From NCBI GenBank assembly GCA_041484665.1, contig JBGPIA010000002.1:192001-256000 (forward strand): DNA of 64,000 nt. The letters run 5' to 3'. Under the pieces are notes generated by a model. It was not told the origin of the DNA, searched no databases, and saw only the letters and a list, made by a program, of their open reading frames with translations. The position numbers and the translations under genes are program-made. Positions 39,845 to 48,222 of the stretch are shown here, piece after piece. The stretch comes from Candidatus Krumholzibacteriia bacterium. GTDB taxonomy: Bacteria > Krumholzibacteriota > Krumholzibacteriia > JAJRXK01. Position 1 is the first letter of the stretch. Every line of letters begins with the position of its first letter.

Positions 39845-40818
39845 GCCGCCTCGAGCACCTCCACCACCTCGAGCCCGCTCCGCCCATCGCTGGACGGCGA
39901 CTTCCCGTCGCGGATGCACTGGATGAAGTGCTCGGCCTCGTTCTTCAAGGGCTCGCTGTCGTCGATGCGGGGCAGGACGATGTCGCCGTACCGGTAGCTG
40001 AGCTGGAACTCGCCGAAGGTGTCGTAGTGCGGAAGTACGTTCACGCCCTTGTCGTAGACCCGCAGCTTCTCCACGTTGGAGACGTCGTCGTAGACGAGCA
40101 TCTTCTTGCTGCCCACCACCGTGAGCTTGCGGATCTTGTTGGGGTCCAGCCAACTCACGTGCAGGTGGGCGGTGACCTTCTCAGGATACTCCATGTGGAC
40201 GAAGGCCACATCCTCGATGCCCGGCTGGACGTACGCCGTGCCCAGGGCGTTGACCCGCACGGGCCCGTGTCCCAGCAGCCAGTTGATGATCGCCACGTCG
40301 TGCGGCGCGAGATCCCACACCACATTGACGTCCTCGCGGAACAGTCCGAGGTTCACCCGCGTGACGTGGATGTAGAAGATCTGCCCCAGCTCTCCCCGGT
40401 CGATCAGCTGCTTGATGTGGTGGATCCCGGAGTTGAACAGGAAGGTGTGGCCGACCATCAGGAAGCGCCGGTTGCGGTCGGCAGCGTCGATCATGCGGCG
40501 GCACTCGTCCACCGAGGAGGCCATGGGCTTCTCGACGAAAACGTGCTTGCCGGCATCCAGAGCCTTGCACGTCAGCTCGGAATGGGTGCACACCGGGGTG
40601 GCGATCACCACGGCCGCGATCTCGGGGTCCTCGAGAATGTCGGCGTAGCGCGTGCTCGTGCGCAGGCTCGGGTAGAGGTTGCGCATATGGGCCAGCCGCT
40701 CTTCGTTGAGGTCGACGGCCCATTTGGTCGCCGCTCCCGGAATCTGTGAGAAATTCCGGACGAGATTCGGGCCCCAGTACCCTACCCCAACGACCCCAAC
40801 CCGAATGGGAGCGCTCAC
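39781..40818 (-). CDS. Gfo/Idh/MocA oxidoreductase (WbpB-like sugar-nucleotide oxidase)
   Basis: GVGYWGPNL, IATP, VFVEKP, VGHTF, DLAPHD; GTG start after GGAGAGG. Confidence 0.9.
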   Translation of the reverse strand: MSAPIRVGVVGVGYWGPNLVRNFSQIPGAATKWAVDLNEERLAHMRNLYPSLRTSTRYADILEDPEIAAVVIATPVCTHSELTCKALDAGKHVFVEKPMASSVDECRRMIDAADRNRRFLMVGHTFLFNSGIHHIKQLIDRGELGQIFYIHVTRVNLGLFREDVNVVWDLAPHDVAIINWLLGHGPVRVNALGTAYVQPGIEDVAFVHMEYPEKVTAHLHVSWLDPNKIRKLTVVGSKKMLVYDDVSNVEKLRVYDKGVNVLPHYDTFGEFQLSYRYGDIVLPRIDDSEPLKNEAEHFIQCIRDGKSPSSDGRSGLEVVEVLEAACRSIREGGAAHRLNGVGTPR

Positions 40819-40867
40819 GTCTGCCTCTCCAGTGGCACTCGTGCCGGGCCCGCGCCCGGCACGAAGC

Positions 40868-41590
40868 TCAGTAGGCCCCTTCACCTCGCAGGAGAACGGG
40901 GAAGGTCTTCAGGATGATCTTGAGGTCCAGGGCCAGGCTCCAGTTGGCGATGTAGTGGAGGTCCAGCATCACCATCTCGTCGAAGGGAACCATGCTCCGG
41001 CCGCTGACCTGCCAGAGTCCGGTCAAACCCGGCTTGGCCTTCAAGCGATCCTTGTGCCACTCTTGGTAGTGCGCGAGCTCGTAGGCGATGGGCGGGCGCG
41101 GACCCACCAGGCTCATCTCGCCGCGCAGGACATTCCAGAACTGCGGCAGCTCGTCGAGGCTCGTCTTGCGCAGAAACGCCCCGAACAAGGTAACGCGCGG
41201 ATCGCGCACCATCTTGTAGGGCCGGCTGTGGTCGCCGTCCATGTGGCCGTTGATGAAACGCTGGGCGAAGTTCCGGTGCACGGCATCATCGCTGTTGTGC
41301 TGCATCGTGCGGAACTTGTAGAACACGAACGGCTTTCCGTCCTTCCCCAGGCGGATCTGCCGGAAGAAGACCGGACCGCGGCTCGTGATCTTCACCATCA
41401 GGGCGATCGCGGCGAGCACGGGGGCGCCGACCGTGTAGATCGTCAACGCGGCGGCGACATCGATGGCGCGCTTGAACGCGAGCTCGACCTGACTGTGGGT
41501 GGGGACGCCGATCCGAAGGGCAAACGTGTCGACAGCGTCCAGGGCTCGTTCGGTGGTGGCAAGGTTCAAGGCAGTCGCGTCTTCCTTCAT
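40868..41590 (-). CDS. Priming polyprenyl-phosphate sugar-1-phosphate transferase (bacterial sugar transferase family)
   Basis: [50 protein letters not shown]. Confidence 0.93.
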   Translation of the reverse strand: MKEDATALNLATTERALDAVDTFALRIGVPTHSQVELAFKRAIDVAAALTIYTVGAPVLAAIALMVKITSRGPVFFRQIRLGKDGKPFVFYKFRTMQHNSDDAVHRNFAQRFINGHMDGDHSRPYKMVRDPRVTLFGAFLRKTSLDELPQFWNVLRGEMSLVGPRPPIAYELAHYQEWHKDRLKAKPGLTGLWQVSGRSMVPFDEMVMLDLHYIANWSLALDLKIILKTFPVLLRGEGAY

Positions 41591-41721
41591 CTCTGGAGCC
41601 GTCCCTCAGCTGTGAACAACCTGGGTGTCTGGATGGGTTTAACGCCCTTCCACCTCGTCAGCTGAACCAGTCGCTATGTCGGACAACCTGCCTTTCTGCA
41701 GGAAAATCGCTCCACGCTCCC

Positions 41722-42834
41722 CTAACGATCCGCTGCCAACAGCACCTCGCAGACGTGGTCGACCATCTCGGGCTCCATCTCCGCGTACATTGGCAGCGAG
41801 ATGATGTTCGCGCAGATGACCTCGGCCACCGGGAACTGCCCCGGCGAGCCAAGGTGCGCGAAGGCCGGATGGAGGTGGATCGCCCGGGGATAGTGCTCTC
41901 CCCAGCCAATCCCGCTCTCGGTGAGCTGGGCCTTCACGCGCGGCGCCTCGGGATGATTCACGACGAACAGATGGTGGACGGGCTCGGCACCCTCCACGGC
42001 CTGGGGCCAGCGATAGCGGGATCCGGCGAGGAGGTCCCGATACCGGGCGGCGTGTTCGCGCCGCCGCGCGTTCCATCCGTCCAGGTGCGCCAGCTTGACC
42101 CCCAGGACGGCCGCCTGGAGGCTGTCCAGCCGCGCCGTGGTCCCGACGAGGCTGTGGACATTCTTCTCCCGCTGCCCGTGATGGCGCAGGGCCGCCACCT
42201 TGGCCGCGATCTCCGGATCGTCGGTCACCAACGCTCCCGCGTCCCCGAACGCTCCCAGGTTCTTGCCCGGGTAGAAGCTGAACGCTGCGGCCTTGCTCCC
42301 GCTGCCGATACGCCGGCCGTGGAGGCGCGCGCCGTGGGCCTGCGCGGCGTCCTCCAACAGCAGGATCCCGTGCCGCCGCGCCAGAGCGCGCAGCGCCACG
42401 AGGTCGGCGGGAAAACCGTACAGGTGTACCGCCATGACGGCCGCCGTCTTGCGCGTGATGCGCGCCTCGACCGCCGCCGCGTCCATCAGCCAGGTGCGGG
42501 GGTCCACGTCCGCTAGCACGGGAGTGGCGCCCGCCAGCGCGATCGCCTCCACCGTGGCCACGAACGTGTTGGGAACCGTGATGACCTCATCCCCGGGGCC
42601 GATCCCGCACGCCCGTAGCGCCAGCTGCAGCGCGTCGATGCCCGAGCTCACGCCCATGCACTGCCGCGCTTCGCAGAATTCGGCGAAGCGGCTCTCGAAG
42701 GCGGTGGTGGCGGGACCCAGGATGAATGCGTTGCGATCGATGACGGCCCGGATGGCTGCATCGATCTGCGCACGGAGAGGCTCGTTCTGGGCGGCGAGAT
42801 CCAGAAACGGGATCAGCGGGGCTTGTGTCTGCAT
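41722..42834 (-). CDS. DegT/DnrJ/EryC1/StrS PLP-dependent sugar aminotransferase (WbpE-like)
   Basis: GPGDEVIT, VHLYG, EDAAQAHG, FSFYPGKNLGAFGDAG, RLDSLQAA. Confidence 0.93.
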   Translation of the reverse strand: MQTQAPLIPFLDLAAQNEPLRAQIDAAIRAVIDRNAFILGPATTAFESRFAEFCEARQCMGVSSGIDALQLALRACGIGPGDEVITVPNTFVATVEAIALAGATPVLADVDPRTWLMDAAAVEARITRKTAAVMAVHLYGFPADLVALRALARRHGILLLEDAAQAHGARLHGRRIGSGSKAAAFSFYPGKNLGAFGDAGALVTDDPEIAAKVAALRHHGQREKNVHSLVGTTARLDSLQAAVLGVKLAHLDGWNARRREHAARYRDLLAGSRYRWPQAVEGAEPVHHLFVVNHPEAPRVKAQLTESGIGWGEHYPRAIHLHPAFAHLGSPGQFPVAEVICANIISLPMYAEMEPEMVDHVCEVLLAADR

Positions 42835-42843
42835 GACCGAGCG

Positions 42844-42852
42844 AGTATAGCA
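42844..42852 (-). promoter_or_regulatory. Extended -10 promoter (TGC-TATACT) 9 nt before the DegT start
   Basis: TGCTATACTCGCTCGGTCATG on the minus strand; no SD. Confidence 0.5.
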
Positions 42853-42910
42853 CAGCCCAAATCGCCAATGGAAGGCCGCTTCCAGGCGCGAACCTCTAGG
42901 CCGATCAGAG

Positions 42911-42939
42911 CGCAACTCCATTGTGCACAAACAGTTGCG
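42911..42939. promoter_or_regulatory. Nested palindrome, candidate operator in a divergent promoter region
   Basis: CGCAACT-CCA-TTGTGCACAA-AC-AGTTGCG. Confidence 0.45.
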
Positions 42940-43182
42940 GGCAACCTGAGGACGGGCCGCGCGGGCGCCTGCGGGAGTCGGCGCAGCGGCGGCCGCCGGG
43001 GCCGCCCCCGGCGATCGGCGGGGCGTTGCGCGTCTGTCCACTCGGCACCTCCCCTGCTATGGTAACCGTCTGACCACCATACGCCGCGCGCCGTCGACTC
43101 TGCACGCGGCCGCGGCCGTCGCGGCGGCACCGTGGCCCGCGCCCGCGGCGCGGCCACCGTCCTGTAGCGTGCGAGGTCTGCG

Positions 43183-44079
43183 ATGCGCCTGCTGATCACC
43201 GGAGCCCAGGGGATGATGGGGCGCGACCTGCGCGCGCTGGCCGAGGCCGCCGGGCACGACGCGTGGCCGACCGACGTCGCGCGACTGGCGCGCGATCCGC
43301 AGGATCGCCTCGACGTCACCGATCACGCGGCGCTGGAGCACGCCTTCGAGGCGTTCCACCCCGACGCCGTGCTCCATCTGGCGGCGATGACCAACGTGGA
43401 TGACTGCGAGCTTAACCCCGAGCAGGCCTGGCGGGTGAACGCCGTGGGGACGCAGAACGTGGCGCTGCACTGCCGGCAGCGCGCTCTGCCCCTGGTCTAC
43501 ATCTCCACCGGCAGTGTGTTCGACGGCGAGAAGCCCACCCCCTATCACGAGTTCGACGTGCCCAATCCCCAAAGCATCTACAGCCGCAGCAAGTGGCAGG
43601 GGGAGCTCATCGTCCGTGAGCTGTGGCCCCAGCACTACATCGTGCGCGCCGGCTGGATGTTCGGCGGCGGGCCAGAGGACAAGAAGTTCGTGGCCAAGAT
43701 GGTCGACCAGGCCCGGGCGAAGCCCGTGTTACGCGCCGTAGACGACAAGAGCGGGTCGCCGACCTATACGCGCGACATCAGCGCCCGCTGCCTGGAGCTG
43801 CTGGCCACCGGGCGCTTCGGTACCTACCACGCGGCCAACGAAGGGTGCTGCACGCGTTACGAGATGGCGCAGGCGATCGTGGAGTACGCGCGCATCGCCG
43901 GCTGCCGCGTGGACCCGTGCGGCTCCGCGGAGTTCCCGCTGCCCGCCCCGCGTCCGCGGCTGGAGGCGTTGGAGGGGCTGCACGCCCGCCTGATCGGGCT
44001 GCCGCCCATGCGGGGATGGCGGGAAGCGCTGGCGGACTACATCCAGACCGAGCTGCTTCGCGAACCGAGGGGCGCGTGA
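43183..44079 (+). CDS. rmlD: dTDP-4-dehydrorhamnose reductase family protein
   Basis: ITGAQGMMG, HLAAMTNVDDCE, YISTGSVFDG, YSRSK, SGSPTY, PAPRP. Confidence 0.85.
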   Translation: MRLLITGAQGMMGRDLRALAEAAGHDAWPTDVARLARDPQDRLDVTDHAALEHAFEAFHPDAVLHLAAMTNVDDCELNPEQAWRVNAVGTQNVALHCRQRALPLVYISTGSVFDGEKPTPYHEFDVPNPQSIYSRSKWQGELIVRELWPQHYIVRAGWMFGGGPEDKKFVAKMVDQARAKPVLRAVDDKSGSPTYTRDISARCLELLATGRFGTYHAANEGCCTRYEMAQAIVEYARIAGCRVDPCGSAEFPLPAPRPRLEALEGLHARLIGLPPMRGWREALADYIQTELLREPRGA

Positions 44080-44112
44080 ACCGGGACCGCGGGCCACGCC
44101 GTCCAGCGCTCT

Positions 44113-44634
44113 CTACTTCTGCTCTTCGGTCCGGATGGGCTTGAGCGTCTTGTAGAACTCGGCCGGGGTCATGGAGAGGATCGGGCCGCTGCACTTCGCA
44201 ACCGGCTTCGCTGGGTTGCCCTGCACCATGGTCAGCGGCGGAACGGAGCGCGTAACGACACTGCCGGCCATCACTACTGCGCCGTACCCGATCGTCACAT
44301 TCGGCAGGATGATAGCGCCCGGTCCGATGAAGGCCTCGTCCTCGATGCGCACCGAGATGGCGTCCTCCGGGTGGCCCTTGACGTCGGCCTTGATTGCCCC
44401 CTGGAAGTGGGCCAGGATCATCGACCGGATCCCGACGTCCACACCGTTGCCAATGGAGACCAGGAAGGGACGCGACGTCTCGATCAGCGCGTCGGTGCCG
44501 ATGAAGACGCGCTCGCCGATCTTCACCCCGCGCCGGCGGTGCATCCACACACGAACGGTCCTGGCGCCCGGAGAATACCGCACCAGGATCTGCAACACGC
44601 GATTCTTGAGCGCCCATAGCGCGCCACGTCTCAT
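44113..44634 (-). CDS. Left-handed beta-helix (hexapeptide repeat) acyltransferase
   Basis: VKIGERVFIG, SIGNGVDVG, ILAH, RIEDEAFIGPGAIILPNVTIGYGAVVMAGSVVT, GNPAK. Confidence 0.9.
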   Translation of the reverse strand: MRRGALWALKNRVLQILVRYSPGARTVRVWMHRRRGVKIGERVFIGTDALIETSRPFLVSIGNGVDVGIRSMILAHFQGAIKADVKGHPEDAISVRIEDEAFIGPGAIILPNVTIGYGAVVMAGSVVTRSVPPLTMVQGNPAKPVAKCSGPILSMTPAEFYKTLKPIRTEEQK

Positions 44635-44682
44635 TGGCCCATCCGGTCCTGGTTCCCGTTTAATGCCACCGATGCGACCACG

Positions 44683-44970
44683 TTACGCGCCGCCGCTGGT
44701 CGCCGCCCGGCTCTTTCCCTCAACGTAACGACAGAGGGGGCCGAGGATCGTCAGCTCCTCGGCGTCCAGATCCTCGAAATCGATCGCGAGTCCAAACCGA
44801 TGCTCGATGGCCGAGATCATCTCAAGGATCCCGAGCGAATCGATGACCCCTTCGGTGAGGAGATCGAAATCGTCGGGCACTTGCGCGGGCTCGAGACCCT
44901 TCGCGGCGAGTGAGCTCGCGAATCTCTCCAGCAAGAGGGCTCGGACCGCTTCCGCCGTGATGACACTCAT
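44683..44970 (-). CDS. Acyl/aminoacyl carrier protein (DltC-like)
   Basis: FDLLTEGVIDSLGILE phosphopantetheine Ser motif, IEHRFG; ATGA overlap with the adenylation enzyme. Confidence 0.88.
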   Translation of the reverse strand: MSVITAEAVRALLLERFASSLAAKGLEPAQVPDDFDLLTEGVIDSLGILEMISAIEHRFGLAIDFEDLDAEELTILGPLCRYVEGKSRAATSGGA

Positions 44971-46592
44971 GCCATCTCCTCCAACAGCTTGAACAGGGCG
45001 AACTGGTCGATCTTCCCGTGGTGCGTCAGCGGCAGCTCGGGAAGGAAGTGGAGCCGACGCGGGACCATGTAGTCCGGGAGGCGCGCGGCGAGCTTCCGAC
45101 GCAGCAGCTCCGGGTCGGCCCCGACGGTGCCCAGGAACGCCTCCACCCCACCCGCGGCCCCGCTGGCGCCGCGCGGCCAGCCGACGGCCAGCACGGAGTC
45201 GACGCCCGACGCCTCGCGGAGGGCGGCTTCCACTTCGCCGAGTTCGACGCGGTGCCCGTGGATCTGCAATTGGCGATCCAACCGCCCGAGATAGAGGATC
45301 GGGCCGTGGTCGTGCGGCCTGCGCACCCGATCACCCGTCCGATAGAAGATGACATCCTCCCCGGGCAAGGTGATGAACGACGCCGCCGTCCGCTCGGGGT
45401 CCCGCCAGTAGCCGAGGGTGACCTGGGGCCCGGACAGGAGCAGCTCGCCGGACTCACCCGCGGCGACCTCGCGCAGACCCTCATCGACAACCCGCGTAGT
45501 CATCCCGGCGTTGGGGTATCCGATCGGAACGACCCCCTGTTCGCATTCCTCCGGCGATCGCTCCGGATCCCAACGATAGCGCAGGCAGGTGCAGAGCACC
45601 TCGGTCGGGCCGTAGAGATTCTCCACGGCGGAATTGCTGGCTGCCTGCGCCCATGACCGCGCCACCTCCAGCGGCAGCGCCTCGCCTCCGAAGAGGCTGT
45701 GCCGCAGCGTTGGATAGCGATTCGGCTTGAGAATGCCCAGGCGCCGCATGAACACGCCGGTGGAGGGCACCGAGAACCAGATGGTGATGCGCGAGTCCCG
45801 GATGAACTTTCCGGGCTTGATCAGCTCCTTCTGGGTCGGGACGCACAAGCAAGCTCCGCGCTCCCACCCCACCCACAGGTCGAAGATCGAGCCGTCGAAC
45901 GTCAATTCGAACGTCTGCGAGAATCGGTCCTGCTCCGTGACGGCGTAGTGGTCGACGACCGCGTCGATGTAGGCGAGGGCGTTGCGGTGCGCCGCCATCA
46001 CCGCTTTGGGGATGCCGGTGCTCCCCGAGGTGAAGATGAGATAGGCCACCGCGTTCGCTTCGACCGGCACCGGGGCCCAATCGCGCGGGACGTCGAGGTC
46101 CGCGCGACCCAGGATCCGGTGCGTGGGCCACTCACCCGCGAGCTCGGCCACGTCCTCCTGCTCCGGCAGCAGCAGGACCATCGGCTCCTTGAGTCGAGGG
46201 ATCAGCGAGCGCAGATGGGGCACCGATTCCGGATCGACCACCATGCAGCGCGCCCCGGAGCGCTCGAGCATCATCAGCGTGCGCTCCGGCGGCAGCAGGC
46301 GGCTGAGCGACACGTAGCCGTGCCCACGTAGGAGAGCGCCGAGGATACCCGTGTAGGCCGTGGGCGTGCGATAGGCGAGGACCGCGGTCAGCGGGGCACT
46401 ACCCGGCGACGGGTGGACCCGGTCGAGCGTCGCCGCGAGCGAGAACGCACGCTCGTACATTTGGCGGTAACTAAGCGTCACACCGGCCACCTGAAGGGCC
46501 GGACGATCAGGAAAGCGAGCGGCGGAGCGAAGGAAGCCGGAGCGAAGGGTTCGCGTGCTCTCAACCATCGCGCTCGACGTCTCCGACGTCAT
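44967..46592 (-). CDS. Stand-alone amino acid adenylation domain (DltA-like carrier protein ligase)
   Basis: NRPS A motifs YLIFTSGSTGIPK (A3), FDGS (A4), NLYGPTE (A5), GELLLSGPQVTLGY (A6), YRTGD (A7), GRLD..HRVELGEVE (A8), LPDYMVP (A9), GKID (A10); start ATG 46592 or 46568. Confidence 0.92.
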   Translation of the reverse strand: MTSETSSAMVESTRTLRSGFLRSAARFPDRPALQVAGVTLSYRQMYERAFSLAATLDRVHPSPGSAPLTAVLAYRTPTAYTGILGALLRGHGYVSLSRLLPPERTLMMLERSGARCMVVDPESVPHLRSLIPRLKEPMVLLLPEQEDVAELAGEWPTHRILGRADLDVPRDWAPVPVEANAVAYLIFTSGSTGIPKAVMAAHRNALAYIDAVVDHYAVTEQDRFSQTFELTFDGSIFDLWVGWERGACLCVPTQKELIKPGKFIRDSRITIWFSVPSTGVFMRRLGILKPNRYPTLRHSLFGGEALPLEVARSWAQAASNSAVENLYGPTEVLCTCLRYRWDPERSPEECEQGVVPIGYPNAGMTTRVVDEGLREVAAGESGELLLSGPQVTLGYWRDPERTAASFITLPGEDVIFYRTGDRVRRPHDHGPILYLGRLDRQLQIHGHRVELGEVEAALREASGVDSVLAVGWPRGASGAAGGVEAFLGTVGADPELLRRKLAARLPDYMVPRRLHFLPELPLTHHGKIDQFALFKLLEEMA

Positions 46593-46892
46593 CGAGTGGA
46601 GACCGTTGCTGGATTTGGACTTGCGGCCTCGCCGCGGCGCGCGCCCCCGCAGAACGCGCGCCCGCGCGCCATTGCGCGGAATAAGAAACCTACCACAGCT
46701 TGGGAAGCCTGGCCATCCCGCGGGTCGCACACGGGCCGCGCGCACCACGCTGGTCGCCAACGCGGGCGATCTCCCGCTGCGCGACCGGCTCCGGATCACC
46801 GGTTCGCATACACCTGATGCTTGCCCGTGGTTGAGCGGCGGCGAGTCGTGCGCCCAAGGTCCGCGAGCGCGACTGGTGCCGGGTCACCTCCG

Positions 46893-48179
46893 TCATCGGT
46901 TGGAGTAGAGCTGGTCGCGCCGCATGCGCGCCACGGTGGCCAGAAAACGCGGCACGAACGCCGCCAGCCGCAGGCCATTGCGCGGATGCCGCAGGTAGGC
47001 CGCCACGTCGAAGTACAGCGGGTGCATCACGGGCACAAACACCCCCGCGACCTCTTCGGCGCGGTGCAGCTGCTCGATGAACGCCGCAGCCAGCTCCTCC
47101 GCGAAGTCCGGGCCCAACGCCACGCTGATGTCGGCGAAGTGCTGCCCGATGCTCAGCGTCCGGCGCAGCGCGCCGTCGCCGGGCAAGTGCAATGGATGGT
47201 AGTACCGGTTGCGGTACATGGTGTCGTAGCGGAAGCCCGCCTGCTCCACCGCGCGCCACGTATTGGGTGTGGTGTTGGTGCGCAGCTCGCCGCCGTGCAT
47301 GCAGATGCCGGATGCCTCGGCGCCGACCAGCTCTTCCAAGAGCGCCTTCTCCCCGGCCGCAGCGCGCAGCTCGCTGCCGAACCGCCGCTCTGCCGAAGTC
47401 ACGAACTCACCGTGCAGCGCCAGCTCGTGGCCGCCTACCACTCGGGCATACGCCCGGAGCTCCGCCGCGCCGTAGAAGTACCCCAGCGGGCGCAGGTAGG
47501 CCGTGCTGCGGACGCCGTAGCGGTCCTCCAGCGCGTGGATCCCCGCCATGTTCTGGATCGCCGCGTCCACGTCGTAGCGCACCGAAAGCGCCACCGCGTA
47601 GGGTCTGCCACCGCGCTGCGGCAACGGCCACAGGCGCAGGTCCGGCAGCCCGCAGCGGCGGTGCCCCTCGGCGAGGAGCCCGCGCATGCGCGACAGCGGC
47701 TCCTCGTCGAAGCGCTGGTGCCGCGTGGCGCTTTCGCGCAGGGCGGTCAGCAGCGGGTCCAGACGCGCGGCGGGCAGCACTGGCGTGGCGCCCGGCGCCG
47801 CGCACCGCACGTGGCCGTAGCCGAGGTGGCCGAGGATTTCGCGCAGCAGCGGCTCGTCGGCCACGCGCGGATCGTAGGAGGGCGCGGCCGCCGACGGCCG
47901 TGCCACCGGGAGCTCGAAGGGCGGGACGAGCACGCGGGCCGAGTCGACCTCCACGGCGGCCTCCGCCAGCGCGCATTCGACGGCCAGACGCCCGCCATCG
48001 ATCCGCCGCAGTTGCACGCTCGCCTGCTGGCGTTGCTCCCACCAGCGGGCGACCTCGCGCTGGGATACGGCCCAGACATTCCCGTGGACGCGCACGTGCT
48101 CCAGCAGCGCTGTGTAGGCCGGCCGGTCCTTCATGAGGGTATGGCGCCGGATCGCGCGCTGGATCAAGCCGAGGTTCAT
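46893..48179 (-). CDS. Polysaccharide deacetylase-like protein (CE4/WbmS-like)
   Basis: SVRYDVD, GVRSTAY, ELALHG, GICMH, GFRYDT, VMHP motifs; start may be 48206. Confidence 0.65.
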   Translation of the reverse strand: MNLGLIQRAIRRHTLMKDRPAYTALLEHVRVHGNVWAVSQREVARWWEQRQQASVQLRRIDGGRLAVECALAEAAVEVDSARVLVPPFELPVARPSAAAPSYDPRVADEPLLREILGHLGYGHVRCAAPGATPVLPAARLDPLLTALRESATRHQRFDEEPLSRMRGLLAEGHRRCGLPDLRLWPLPQRGGRPYAVALSVRYDVDAAIQNMAGIHALEDRYGVRSTAYLRPLGYFYGAAELRAYARVVGGHELALHGEFVTSAERRFGSELRAAAGEKALLEELVGAEASGICMHGGELRTNTTPNTWRAVEQAGFRYDTMYRNRYYHPLHLPGDGALRRTLSIGQHFADISVALGPDFAEELAAAFIEQLHRAEEVAGVFVPVMHPLYFDVAAYLRHPRNGLRLAAFVPRFLATVARMRRDQLYSNR

Positions 48180-48222
48180 GACCGCGGGGCCTCCCCCCCG
48201 CGACACCGGTCCCGGGACGCGC

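Noticed and set aside
44683..46592. Canonical NRPS cluster or complete dlt operon
   Set aside because: No condensation or thioesterase domains and no DltB MBOAT in the window; reported instead as an atypical module
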